DNA from: Actinomycetota bacterium | GTDB lineage: Bacteria; Actinomycetota; AC-67 | Reading direction: 5' to 3' | Length of the DNA: 64,000 nt | NCBI GenBank assembly: GCA_046713235.1 | Contig: JBKKBZ010000116.1 | Location: 2,742 to 66,741 of the forward strand | Part shown: in pieces, positions 39,546-49,205 of the stretch | How positions within the stretch are numbered: position 1 is the stretch's first letter | Layout of the letters: every line of letters starts with the position of its first letter | Translations under genes and position numbers: made by a program | The notes under the pieces: generated by a model | The model's input: only the letters and a program-made list of their open reading frames with translations | Database searches by the model: none | Told to the model about the DNA's origin: nothing

Positions 39546-39911
39546 ATGGCCGCGGACGTGCTCGTCGGCGTTGCGATCGGCGTTGTGGCCGGGGTGCTGG
39601 CGGGGATGTTCGGTATCGGAGGAGGAATCCTCATCGTTCCCGCGCTCGTGCTCCTTGGGCTGACCCAGCATGAGGCGAGCGGGACCTCGCTCGCGGCTCT
39701 TGTGGTTCCCGTCGGGATTCTCGGCGTCTTCGAGTACGCCCGGCGTTCGCAGGTGCGATTCGTCTATGCCATCGGCCTGGCGATAGGGCTCACGCTGGGG
39801 GCCTGGCTGGGGGCTCGCTTTGCCGGCCGCTTGTCGAACACAGACCTTCAGCGCGCTTTCGGCGTCATCCTCGCAGCCGCCTCCGTGCGCTTTCTCTTCT
39901 TCGCGCGCTGA
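39546..39911 (+). CDS. Half-size TauE/SafE-family (sulfite exporter-like) membrane protein.
   Basis: GMFGIGGGILIVPALVLLG motif and four TM helices. About half the usual length. Confidence 0.5.
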   Translation: MAADVLVGVAIGVVAGVLAGMFGIGGGILIVPALVLLGLTQHEASGTSLAALVVPVGILGVFEYARRSQVRFVYAIGLAIGLTLGAWLGARFAGRLSNTDLQRAFGVILAAASVRFLFFAR

Positions 39912-39978
39912 CCTCCTGGGCGGCGCCCCACAGACCGGCGCCGTCTTCAAGGGTGTCGAGCCGGGGGTTCCCTGCGGG

Positions 39979-40191
39979 TTACTTCGAGCCGCCCTTTCGC
40001 CCGATCCGCTGGTAGAACTCGACCCCGTAGCGCCGCTTGGTGGACTCGCCGCCCTTCTTCCCACCGAGCCGCCCGATCTTCCCAAAGAACTCGTCGCCGT
40101 GGCGCTGCTTCGTGGCGAGTCCGCCCTTGCGTCCCGCTTCCGCTCTGGTCATCTTGCGCTTTTCTGCAGTGTCCTCCGCGAACACGGGCAT
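39979..40191 (-). CDS. KGG-repeat general stress protein.
   Basis: GRKGG / GGKKGG / GRKGG repeats. GAGGAGG SD. Confidence 0.7.
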   Translation of the reverse strand: MPVFAEDTAEKRKMTRAEAGRKGGLATKQRHGDEFFGKIGRLGGKKGGESTKRRYGVEFYQRIGRKGGSK

Positions 40192-40358
40192 ACCTCCTCT
40201 ACCTCCGGTCCGGTTCGACCCATTCTTTCCCTACCCGAGGTCTTGGGCCCATAAACGCTCGGTCCGGTGGGCGTCCCTGAGGCCGGGGGTGCCCGGGGGT
40301 ATCAAGATCGATCTCAGCAGGGCCGATTGAAGGAGAGATACCTCACGAGCGGGAGCCC

Positions 40359-41438
40359 ATGGCCCAGATAGAGATCGACGACCTGCTGAGAATGACGGCC
40401 GAGCGCAAGGCCTCCGACCTCCACCTCCGGGCCGGAGGTCCCCCGTACGTGCGGGTGGACGGCGAGCTGTACCAGCTCGACGGCATTTCCTTGACGCCGG
40501 CCGACGCCGAGCGCCTTGCGTTCAGTCTCATGACGGAACAGCAGGCGCGGGAGTTCAACCGGACCAACGAGCTTGATTTCGCCTACACCGTCCCCGGGCT
40601 GGCCCGCTTCCGAGTCAACGTCTTCCGCCAGCGGGGCAGCCTCGGCGTGGCCGTGCGACGCGTGCTGCCCGGCGGGTCGTCGTTTGATGCTCTCGGCCTC
40701 CCTCAGGTCGTGCGGAAACTGGCCGACGAGCAGCGAGGGCTAGTGCTCGTCACCGGAATGACGGGCTCGGGAAAGACGACCACGACGGCGTCGATGATCC
40801 ACCACATCAACATGACCCGCCGTTGTCACATTGTGACGATCGAGGATCCGATCGAGGTTCTTCACGACGACCGGATGGCGATCGTCGATCAGCGGGAAGT
40901 AGGGATCGATACCGCCGACTTCTCGGTGGCGCTCCGTCACGTTGCCCGGCAAGACCCGGACGTGATCTTCATCGGCGAGATGCGCGATATCGAGACGGTA
41001 AAGGCGGCGCTGCAGGCGGCCGAGACCGGCCACCTTGTCGTCTCCACGCTGCACACCTTGAATGCGACCGAGACGGTCAACCGCATCATCGACTTCTATC
41101 CGCCGCACCAGCAGATGCAAGCGCGCCTCTCGCTTGCGGGAACCCTGAAGGGGACGGTCTCGCAGCGGTTGCTCCCCCGAACCGACGGCAAGGGCCGGAT
41201 CCCGGCCGTCGAAGTCTTGATCATGACCGGGCGCGTCTACGACATGATCATCAACCCCGAGAACACCCACCTGATCGAGGACGTCATTGCCGAGGGAGAT
41301 TTCTACGGGATGCAGACCTTCGATCAGCACCTGCTGGGGCTCTATCGTGAGGGCCTTGTGACGATCGAGAATGCGGTTGCCGCCGCGAGTTCTCCGCACG
41401 ACTTCACGCTGGCGGTTCGTCAGGCCGGTCTGGCCTAG
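40359..41438 (+). CDS. pilT: Type IV pilus retraction ATPase PilT.
   Basis: Walker A GMTGSGKTTT; Asp box, His box and the PilT signature AIRNLIRE-like region. Confidence 0.9.
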   Translation: MAQIEIDDLLRMTAERKASDLHLRAGGPPYVRVDGELYQLDGISLTPADAERLAFSLMTEQQAREFNRTNELDFAYTVPGLARFRVNVFRQRGSLGVAVRRVLPGGSSFDALGLPQVVRKLADEQRGLVLVTGMTGSGKTTTTASMIHHINMTRRCHIVTIEDPIEVLHDDRMAIVDQREVGIDTADFSVALRHVARQDPDVIFIGEMRDIETVKAALQAAETGHLVVSTLHTLNATETVNRIIDFYPPHQQMQARLSLAGTLKGTVSQRLLPRTDGKGRIPAVEVLIMTGRVYDMIINPENTHLIEDVIAEGDFYGMQTFDQHLLGLYREGLVTIENAVAAASSPHDFTLAVRQAGLA

Positions 41439-41523
41439 TTCGCCACAACCTCGCGGCAGCGCGGCGCCGGCCCCACGTTCAATCGCCGAATCATCGGTCC
41501 GGCGAAGGTATCCTGAGCACGCC

Positions 41524-42948
41524 ATGTCCTTGCCACCTGAGGTGACCGCTCGAATCCGCGAGCTGATAAAGGTCCCTGCGGTCGCCGAGGACCTGGCGAA
41601 GCGCTTCGCAGCCGCCGGCCACGACTTGTATCTCGTCGGCGGGTCCGTGCGCGACGCGCTTCTGGAACGCCGTAACGAGCCGGATCTCGACTTTGCGACC
41701 GACGCACGCCCGGAGCGCGTGCTCGAGATCGTCAAGCGCTGGGCCGAGGGCACCTGGATCACCGGCATCAAGTTCGGGACGGTAGGAGCGAACAAGCAGG
41801 GAAGGCGATTGGAGATCACGACCTTCCGCGAGGAGCACTATCCGGAGGATTCCCGTCAGCCGCAGGTGCGTCACGTCGCAACGATCGAGGACGATCTGGC
41901 TCGCCGCGATTTTACGATCAATGCGATGGCCTACCGGCTTTCGGATCGTAGGTTCGTCGACCCGCACGGCGGTCTCGGTGACCTGGCGTCGAAACGGCTT
42001 CGAACGCCTCTGTCGCCGGAAGTGTCGTTCTCCGACGACCCACTCCGGATGCTGCGGGCGGCTCGATTCGCCGCCACGCTCGACCTCGCGCCCGACGAGG
42101 CGCTGACGGATGCGATGCGCGCCCAGCGCCACCGGCTGAGGATCGTCTCGGCCGAGCGAATTCGGGACGAGCTGGAGAAGCTTCTGGATGCCGCGCAACC
42201 CTCTACGGGCTTGGATCTGGCAACTGAGACGGGTCTGTGCGACCTGTTCTTGCCCGAGTTACCGGCGCTCCGGCTCGAGCAGGATCCGATTCACAGGCAC
42301 AAGGATGTTTACCGGCACACGCTCGCCGTGGTGGACAAGATCGCAGCCTCGGATCCCGGCCCGGAGCCGGATACCGAGCTCCGCCTCGCCGGACTCTTGC
42401 ACGACGTCGGCAAGCCGGCGACCCGTCGCTACGGACCCGAGGGCGTGTCGTTCCACCATCACGAGGTCGTCGGTGCGGAGATGGCCGAACGACGCATGCG
42501 CGCGCTTCGCTTCTCGACGGAGCAAATCCAGGACGTCACGCAACTGATCGCGATGCACCTGCGCTTTCACACGTTTCGACTCGGATGGAGTGATTCGGCA
42601 GTGCGGCGTTACGTCCGCGACTCCGGTCCTCTCCTCGACCGGTTGAACCGGCTCGTCCGCGCAGACTGCACGACGCGCAATCCCTTCAAGGCTCGCCAGC
42701 TTGGGCTCGCCATCGACGAGCTCGAGGAGCGTATCGCCAGGCTTGCCGCCGATGAGGATCTCAAGAGCATCCGGCCTCCGCTTAACGGTCACGATGTCAT
42801 GCAGCATCTGCGAGTGCCTCCGGGAGCAATTGTCGGCGAGGCGCTCGACTTCCTCCTCGAGGTCCGGCTGGACCGCGGCGAGTACGGCCGGGAAGAAGCC
42901 ATGCGCTTGCTCGACGAATGGTGGCACCAACGCAACGAGGGGCCGTGA
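41524..42948 (+). CDS. cca: CCA-adding tRNA nucleotidyltransferase (PcnA-like, with an HD domain).
   Basis: GGSVRD...DLDF nucleotidyltransferase head; HD motif HDVGK. Confidence 0.85.
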   Translation: MSLPPEVTARIRELIKVPAVAEDLAKRFAAAGHDLYLVGGSVRDALLERRNEPDLDFATDARPERVLEIVKRWAEGTWITGIKFGTVGANKQGRRLEITTFREEHYPEDSRQPQVRHVATIEDDLARRDFTINAMAYRLSDRRFVDPHGGLGDLASKRLRTPLSPEVSFSDDPLRMLRAARFAATLDLAPDEALTDAMRAQRHRLRIVSAERIRDELEKLLDAAQPSTGLDLATETGLCDLFLPELPALRLEQDPIHRHKDVYRHTLAVVDKIAASDPGPEPDTELRLAGLLHDVGKPATRRYGPEGVSFHHHEVVGAEMAERRMRALRFSTEQIQDVTQLIAMHLRFHTFRLGWSDSAVRRYVRDSGPLLDRLNRLVRADCTTRNPFKARQLGLAIDELEERIARLAADEDLKSIRPPLNGHDVMQHLRVPPGAIVGEALDFLLEVRLDRGEYGREEAMRLLDEWWHQRNEGP

Positions 42949-42957
42949 CGGCCCCTC
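42937..42957. terminator. Perfect 9-bp inverted repeat GAGGGGCCG-tga-CGGCCCCTC between the convergent genes cca and sodN. The cca stop codon forms the loop.
   Basis: Seen directly in the sequence. Confidence 0.4.
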
Positions 42958-42972
42958 GTCCGCGCCGCGCGT

Positions 42973-43368
42973 CTATTTCTTGCTTGCGGTGAAGACCTCG
43001 CCGATCTCGTCGATGAGATCGAGAAGCTTCTGGCCGTCTTTCGGGTCGAGGGACTTCTTGCACTGACCCGCCTGCTTCGTCGCCGACCAGAACAGCTCGT
43101 GGAGGTTCGGAAACTTGTCGAGGTGCTCGGGCTTGAAATAGTCGGTCCAGAGCACCCACAGGTGGTGCTTGACCAGCTCCGAACGCTCCTCCTTGACCTG
43201 GATTGCGCGGGTTCGGAACTGCTCGTCGTCGTTCTGCTCGTACTTCTCCATGGTCGCCTTGACCGACTCCGCCTCGATTCGGGCTTGAGCCGGGTCGTAC
43301 ACTCCACAAGGCAGGTCACAGTGCGCATGGACGACGCGCGACGGAGCGAACCACTGCGAGAGTGTCAC
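42973..43368 (-). CDS. sodN: Nickel superoxide dismutase precursor.
   Basis: Ni-hook HCDLPCGVYDPAQA after a 15-aa propeptide (VTLSQWFAPSRVVHA). High identity to Streptomyces SodN. AAGGAGG SD. Confidence 0.92.
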   Translation of the reverse strand: MTLSQWFAPSRVVHAHCDLPCGVYDPAQARIEAESVKATMEKYEQNDDEQFRTRAIQVKEERSELVKHHLWVLWTDYFKPEHLDKFPNLHELFWSATKQAGQCKKSLDPKDGQKLLDLIDEIGEVFTASKK

Positions 43369-43423
43369 CGAGGGCCTCCTTCAATGCCGGTGTCCGGACC
43401 ATCACGTATACCATCCGGGATCG

Positions 43424-43771
43424 ATGAAGGGCATTCGAGCTCTCGCTTTGCTCGCCGCCGCCGGGCTGGCGACGGCCTGGAAACGGGCCCGGCTCTTCCC
43501 CGTCCGGGTGCAAGGGCCGAGCATGGAACCCACGCTGCACGCCGGAGACCTCGCGGCAGTGTCTCCACGTATACCGGCATACGTCGGCTCGGTGGTCGTC
43601 GTGCGATCGGGCGGCAGGGAGATTATCAAGCGGGTGGGAGCCATCTCGCCGGGCGGGATCGAGCTGGCGGGCGACAACCGGAGGGCAAGCACCGATCTCG
43701 TCGTACCGACCGACGATGTCGCGGGGGTCGTCGTGGCACGCTACTGGCCGCGCCCCGCGATGCTGCTCTAG
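43424..43771 (+). CDS. sodX: NiSOD maturation peptidase SodX (S26 signal-peptidase family).
   Basis: Catalytic GPSMEPTL motif; divergent from sodN. Confidence 0.8.
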   Translation: MKGIRALALLAAAGLATAWKRARLFPVRVQGPSMEPTLHAGDLAAVSPRIPAYVGSVVVVRSGGREIIKRVGAISPGGIELAGDNRRASTDLVVPTDDVAGVVVARYWPRPAMLL

Positions 43772-43784
43772 CCGGGCTGGCGGA

Positions 43785-44669
43785 TCACGCCTCGGCGACG
43801 CTCTCGGACTCCAGGAAGCGCGCCGCGATATCCCTTGCGGCGTCCAGCAGGCGCTGGGTCTGCGAGAGATCGTTGTAGCGGATGTTGCTCGAGTCTACGG
43901 CCGGAAGAACGACGATCTCCGCGACGTCGTTGTATCGCGTAAGGTCGAGATCGAGCCGCACTGCGCGCGAATGGGTGAACGCCTGAACGAGTACGTCAAG
44001 CGGCCGGCGGATCGGCTGCGGCTGGTTTTTCCGAAGCCCGCACGTCAGCAGGTAGATCTTCCGCGCCCCGAGATCGACTGCGCGTGAGATCGGGGCGTTG
44101 TTCACGACCCCGCCGTCAACGTACAGCTCGTCGTCCACTTGTATCGGTGGAAAGATTCCGGGAAGCGCCGTCGAGGCGAGGACCGCTCGCATGAGCGGGC
44201 CCTCGGTGAACCAATGCTCAGCGCCGGTGCGCAAGTTCGTGGCAGAGATGTGCAGCGGTACCACCGTCTCTTCGAACGTGCGGACGGGCAGACGCTCGAT
44301 CAGCCGCCGGAGGCCTTCGTTGGGATAGATGTGGTCGCCTCGAGCCACGATATGCCACGCGCGAGAGAACCTGCTGCCGGGGAAGATGTCCTCGGTGCGC
44401 ACGCCGACCCAGATCTCGGCGAGCTCGTCGGCGGAGGCCGCAGTCGGCGTGCAGGCGAGGAACGCGGCGTTGAGGGAGCCGACCGAAGTTCCTACGAGCA
44501 CGTCGGGGATGATCCCGGCGTTCGTGAGTGCCTGGAGCTGACCTGCCTGAATTGCCCCGAGCACGCCGCCGCCGGAGAGCACGAAGGCAGTGCGCGGGGG
44601 CAGGTGGGCAACCCCAGAGGCAGCGTAACCGCGCCGTCTGAGCTTCCGCACGTATCCACCTAGACCCAC
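43785..44669 (-). CDS. Patatin-like phospholipase.
   Basis: GGGVLG oxyanion hole; GTSVG nucleophile elbow; DGG. Confidence 0.8.
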   Translation of the reverse strand: MGLGGYVRKLRRRGYAASGVAHLPPRTAFVLSGGGVLGAIQAGQLQALTNAGIIPDVLVGTSVGSLNAAFLACTPTAASADELAEIWVGVRTEDIFPGSRFSRAWHIVARGDHIYPNEGLRRLIERLPVRTFEETVVPLHISATNLRTGAEHWFTEGPLMRAVLASTALPGIFPPIQVDDELYVDGGVVNNAPISRAVDLGARKIYLLTCGLRKNQPQPIRRPLDVLVQAFTHSRAVRLDLDLTRYNDVAEIVVLPAVDSSNIRYNDLSQTQRLLDAARDIAARFLESESVAEA

Positions 44670-44730
44670 GGTCGCTCCTCGTTGAGGATCTCGGAGTTCA
44701 TCCCCCCCAGCAGGATAGCCACCGAATGGG

Positions 44731-46365
44731 TCATCCTCGGCTAGCCCGTTCGGGCCCGTCTCCCGGTAGACCCAGCAGTGCCTGTGCGACCAGGGGAACC
44801 GGCATGGACCCCTCGTTGAGCACCCGGTCGTGAAACTCCGTTAAAGAGAATTTCGGCCCCTCCCGCCGCTTGACCTCCCGGCGAAGCCGGAGGATTTCCT
44901 CCTTACCGATCGCGTAGGACATCTGATAGCCGGGGGTAAAGGCGTACCGGCGGACCTCTGCCTCGGCGTTCGGGCGCTCCACGTCGGCCTCGCGGACGAG
45001 CATGTCCACCGCCTCCTCGACGGTCATCGTCCCCTGATGCAGGCGCATGTCGATCACAACCCGGCACGCGCGCCACAGCTCGTCTTTTAACTGGCATAGG
45101 CGCGACTGCGGAGAGAGCAGCCCCTGCTCGTGGCCGAGCTCTTCGCAGTAGAACGCCCAGCCTTCGATGAGCAGCGGGGAGTCGCCCAGCCGCCGGACGC
45201 GCGACGGATGCCGGTTGGCCCGCGTGAGCTGGAGATGGTGGCCGGGATAGCCCTCATGCAGTGCCACGACGGGGATCGCCGCGCGGGCATGGTCTTTGAG
45301 TGCCTCGAGGTTCCCGTCTGGCGGGGTGACCCAGAAGATGCCGCGCTGATCCTCCTCGAACGCGCCCGGCACCGTATAGGCGGCGAAGGGCATGGTGTGG
45401 CGCCAGAACAGCGGTGTCGCCATGACGTCGAGCGGCGCGTCGGACGCCGGCGTCGCCAGGCGCCGATCCCGGACGACCTGTTCCGTCCAGCGCATCGCCT
45501 CGGCATACGCGTCCACGAGGGCGTCGGGCGACGGAACGTCCTTCTTCGTTTCGGCAACTGCCGAGCGCCAGTCGGGAAAGCCGAGCGACCCGGCGACGGC
45601 CGAGATCTCTTCGCCGATACGCCGAAGCATGTCCTCTCCGCGAAGTGCGATCTCGTCGGGTGCGTCGGGCAACAGGTGATGGGCGGCGACGATCCTCGAG
45701 AGCAACTCCGCACCGACGGCCGTCGGTGCGGTGCTCCGCGCCAGGTAATCGTCCCGAAGCCATGCGGCGTGCTCGCGTAGCGCCTCGGCCGCGGGCCCGG
45801 CGGCCTCGCGAACGGCGCGGCCTGCTGCGCCGAGCGGTTCCACCCATGCCGGTATCTCGTCCTCGATCAACCCCACGCCGCCTTCTGCCGATTGAATTGC
45901 CGTCTCCGTGAGCACGCGCGGGGTGTCGGTCAGCGTGGCACGTGATCGCGCCAGGTAGGCCGGGAGCTCTCCGAGCCGCCCGGCAAGTGATGCGGCGCGC
46001 TCGTGCGCCGGAGCGAACTCCCGCTGCATCAGGAAAAAAAGTCCGGTGAGCGCGAGATCGACCGCCTGATCCGGGTTCCGCTGCCACCATCGGGTGTCCT
46101 CGGCCTCGAGCAGCTCGGAATCCAGGAGATGAAGGAGGAAGCGACGGTCGATGCGGTCCGCCTGGGATGCGGGGGCCGTATCCTCTACCCCTCGCCGCAA
46201 CGCCCGGAGCGCCGATGCGTATGCGGCTACGGACTCGTCGGTGTAGGTCCCGAGATCGCCGTCGCGGTCGTGCAAACCGAGCAACGTACCGGCGACGGGA
46301 TGCGTCGAGGCAAGAAGCTCGATGAACCGGTGCCCGATTGACTCCAAAAGCTCGTGGGTAGTCAT
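44731..46365 (-). CDS. DUF885 family protein.
   Basis: About 545 aa with the HEGYPGHH metal-binding-like motif typical of DUF885. Start taken at MTTHELL. Confidence 0.65.
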   Translation of the reverse strand: MTTHELLESIGHRFIELLASTHPVAGTLLGLHDRDGDLGTYTDESVAAYASALRALRRGVEDTAPASQADRIDRRFLLHLLDSELLEAEDTRWWQRNPDQAVDLALTGLFFLMQREFAPAHERAASLAGRLGELPAYLARSRATLTDTPRVLTETAIQSAEGGVGLIEDEIPAWVEPLGAAGRAVREAAGPAAEALREHAAWLRDDYLARSTAPTAVGAELLSRIVAAHHLLPDAPDEIALRGEDMLRRIGEEISAVAGSLGFPDWRSAVAETKKDVPSPDALVDAYAEAMRWTEQVVRDRRLATPASDAPLDVMATPLFWRHTMPFAAYTVPGAFEEDQRGIFWVTPPDGNLEALKDHARAAIPVVALHEGYPGHHLQLTRANRHPSRVRRLGDSPLLIEGWAFYCEELGHEQGLLSPQSRLCQLKDELWRACRVVIDMRLHQGTMTVEEAVDMLVREADVERPNAEAEVRRYAFTPGYQMSYAIGKEEILRLRREVKRREGPKFSLTEFHDRVLNEGSMPVPLVAQALLGLPGDGPERASRG

Positions 46366-47948
46366 GTGCCGGAATCCTCTCTCGCTGTTCCGATCGGAGT
46401 GGCCCGCTCGATCTCCCACAGCGAAGCGTTCTCATTATAGGAAAGTCGAACGCGCTGGCCGGCCGCTCGGACGACGAATACGCGGCGCCGCACTCCATCG
46501 CGTTCCTCCAAGGCCCGCCACACGACGTCCTCGATCGGTATCTCGCGATCGCCCAGGAGGATGGCTCGCGGAGCCTCGTCGGCGCGCGACCCGGAATATG
46601 AGCGCACATTCACGAGCTCCCCTGCGGAGAAGGGGGACGCAATCGTTTCCTTTCGGGTAGCGGCAGGCTTGCGGTGTCCCCAGCGTCGCTCGAGCTTCCA
46701 TTCCCACACCGCGAATCCTCCTGCGCAGAGCAGGAACGCAAGCGCGATAGCCCCCACTGCCGCTCGTGTACCGGCGCCCAACCCGTATGCTGCCGCGATG
46801 ATCGCGATCCCGACTACCCGGGCGATATTGAACAGCACGTCGTAGACTGCGAAGGCTCGTCCCCGGACGTCATCGGCCATCTCCTGCTGGACGATCGTAT
46901 CCACGGGGATCTTGGCGAACGCATAGGCGACGCCGACGACACCGGCTCCGGCGACGAGAGTGACCCGGTTGAGGCTTACCACGCCGAGCGAAGCGCCGGC
47001 TGCGGCGATGAGAAGAGCCGCGGGAATCAGGATGTCGTGGCGCAGCCGTCGCCCCACAACGGGGACCAGGATGACTCCTGCGCCGATTCCGATCGCGAGG
47101 ACGGCGAGCAGACCGAAAGCGGACCCCTCGTCGAGCCGAAGCTCGGCGATAAAGTAGTGAACGATCACGCCAATCATCGCCCCGACCAGCACCTGCAAGA
47201 TCCCCACGGCCGTCAGACCGAAAACGACCCTGTGGTCGGCGCGAACACGGCGCAGGCCCTCCACCATCTCGTCGGTAACTTCCCGAAGCTCATCGCGCAC
47301 GGGGGCACGTCGTGGCGTGAACCCGCGATGAACCGGCACGAGCCGTGCGACCATTGCGCTGATGGCGAATGCGACCGCGGCGAGAAGCGAGGTCCGAATT
47401 CCCCCGATTACTGCCGAGACGGCGGAGCCGATGGCCTGGCCGGAGACGTTGGCAACTGCGCCGCCGGTGGTGGCGGCCGAGTTGGCTACGAGAAGGTCAT
47501 CCTCCGGGACAAGTTGCGGCAATGCTGCCGACATCGTCGCCAGGAAGAAGCGATTCGCGGAAAGCACGACCAGAACCACGGCGTAAAACGGGATGCTTCC
47601 GGTTCCGGCGACGGCGGCGGCCGCGGGAAGAAGCGCTGCGACCGCCGCGCGCAACAGCGGCACTCTGGTGAGGATCTTTCGGCGCTCCCACCGATCGATG
47701 AAGACGCCGACGAAAGGGCCGATCACGCTGAAGGGCACCAGGGTCACTGCGCTGATGACCAGCAGATCGACGACGGGGTTGGGACTCGCACGCTCGAAGA
47801 GCAGCACGGCGGCCGCCGAGAATTGGAATAGGCCGTCCCCGAACTGGGAGACGAGTCGTGCGGAAAAAAACCGTCGGAAGCCCGCACCGGCGAAGATCTC
47901 GCGGAGGCGCTCCAGCGTGCCGACGGCGTCCTGAGTGCCGCTCGACAC
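46362..47948 (-). CDS. MFS transporter fused to a roughly 120-aa C-terminal cytoplasmic domain.
   Basis: 12 TM segments, then a soluble tail (PFSAGELVNVRSYSGSRADEAPRAILLGDREIPIEDVVW...). GTG start with GGAGGG SD. The N-terminal 63 aa of the track ORF are probably untranslated. Confidence 0.7.
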   Translation of the reverse strand: MSSGTQDAVGTLERLREIFAGAGFRRFFSARLVSQFGDGLFQFSAAAVLLFERASPNPVVDLLVISAVTLVPFSVIGPFVGVFIDRWERRKILTRVPLLRAAVAALLPAAAAVAGTGSIPFYAVVLVVLSANRFFLATMSAALPQLVPEDDLLVANSAATTGGAVANVSGQAIGSAVSAVIGGIRTSLLAAVAFAISAMVARLVPVHRGFTPRRAPVRDELREVTDEMVEGLRRVRADHRVVFGLTAVGILQVLVGAMIGVIVHYFIAELRLDEGSAFGLLAVLAIGIGAGVILVPVVGRRLRHDILIPAALLIAAAGASLGVVSLNRVTLVAGAGVVGVAYAFAKIPVDTIVQQEMADDVRGRAFAVYDVLFNIARVVGIAIIAAAYGLGAGTRAAVGAIALAFLLCAGGFAVWEWKLERRWGHRKPAATRKETIASPFSAGELVNVRSYSGSRADEAPRAILLGDREIPIEDVVWRALEERDGVRRRVFVVRAAGQRVRLSYNENASLWEIERATPIGTAREDSGT

Positions 47949-48009
47949 GGTGGTCAACCCTCCTGGTGGAGGATCCTGCCGGCCGCACCCACCGGCACCA
48001 TCTCGGCGA

Positions 48010-49179
48010 TTAGCGGAGGTCGGACGGAGCCAGCAGCGGTTCGCGCGTGCCGTTGGACGGTGCGAGTCCGTTGGGATGAGCGCCGTTTCCGGAGACCGGC
48101 GTGCCGACGATGAACTCCTCGACCAGCTTTCTTGCAACCTCGTCCGGGTACTGGGCGGGCGGGGACTTCATGAAGTACGAACTCGGCCCGACGAGCGGAC
48201 CGCCGATCCCCCGGTCGAGGGCGACCTTCGCGCACCTCACGGCGTCCACGACGATCCCCGCGGAGTTCGGCGAGTCCCACACCTCGAGCTTGAGGTCCAC
48301 CGTCAGTGGGACGTTTCCGAACTCTCGTCCCTCGAGCCGGATGTGCGCCCATTTGCGATCGCTCAACCAAGGAACGTGGTCGGACGGCCCGATGTGCACG
48401 TCGTCCTTACCGAGGCTCCGGCGCATGTTCGATGTGACGGCTTGCGTCTTGGAGATCTTCTTCGACTGGAGGCGCTCGCGCTCCAGCATGTTCATGAAGT
48501 CCATGTTGCCGCCGAAGTTCAGCTGGTACGTGTGGTCGAGATGCACGCCCCGGTCTTCAAAAAGCTTCGCGAGCACGCGATGCACGATCGTCGATCCCAG
48601 TTGACTCTTGATGTCGTCGCCGATGATCGGCAGGCCGGCGGTGCGGAATCGTGTCGCCCATTCCTCGCGCGATGCGATGAAGACGGGGATGCAGTTTACG
48701 AACGCAACGCCGGCTTCCAGGGCTGCCTCGGCGTAGAAGCGCGTCGCCATCTCGCTGCCGACGGGAAGGTACGAGACCAGGACGTCGGTGCCGGACTCGC
48801 GCAGCGCCGCGGCGACGTCGACCGGGTCCGACGGTGCTTCCTCCACCATCTCGCGGTAGAACTGACCGAGCCCGTCGAGAGTGTGTCCGCGAAGAACCTC
48901 GATGCCGACCGGCGGGACATCGGCGAATTGGATCGTGTTGTTCGGTGGCGCAACGATCGCCTCGGCGAGATCCCGGCCGACCTTCTTGGCGTCCACATCG
49001 AAAGCGGCGACGAACTCGATGTCGCCGACATGGTAACGGCCGAGTGAAACGTGCATGAGACCCGGAACATCGTCATCGGGCTGCGCCCCGGCGTAAAAAT
49101 GCACGCCTTGCACGAGCGACGAGGCGCAATTGCCGACACCGGCGATTGCGACCCGGACTTTCTTTGCCTCAATGCTCAT
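48010..49179 (-). CDS. ino1: myo-inositol-1-phosphate synthase.
   Basis: Full-length match to actinobacterial Ino1. AGGAGG SD. Confidence 0.95.
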   Translation of the reverse strand: MSIEAKKVRVAIAGVGNCASSLVQGVHFYAGAQPDDDVPGLMHVSLGRYHVGDIEFVAAFDVDAKKVGRDLAEAIVAPPNNTIQFADVPPVGIEVLRGHTLDGLGQFYREMVEEAPSDPVDVAAALRESGTDVLVSYLPVGSEMATRFYAEAALEAGVAFVNCIPVFIASREEWATRFRTAGLPIIGDDIKSQLGSTIVHRVLAKLFEDRGVHLDHTYQLNFGGNMDFMNMLERERLQSKKISKTQAVTSNMRRSLGKDDVHIGPSDHVPWLSDRKWAHIRLEGREFGNVPLTVDLKLEVWDSPNSAGIVVDAVRCAKVALDRGIGGPLVGPSSYFMKSPPAQYPDEVARKLVEEFIVGTPVSGNGAHPNGLAPSNGTREPLLAPSDLR

Positions 49180-49205
49180 CTACGTCCTCCTAATCGGTCC
49201 CGCGC

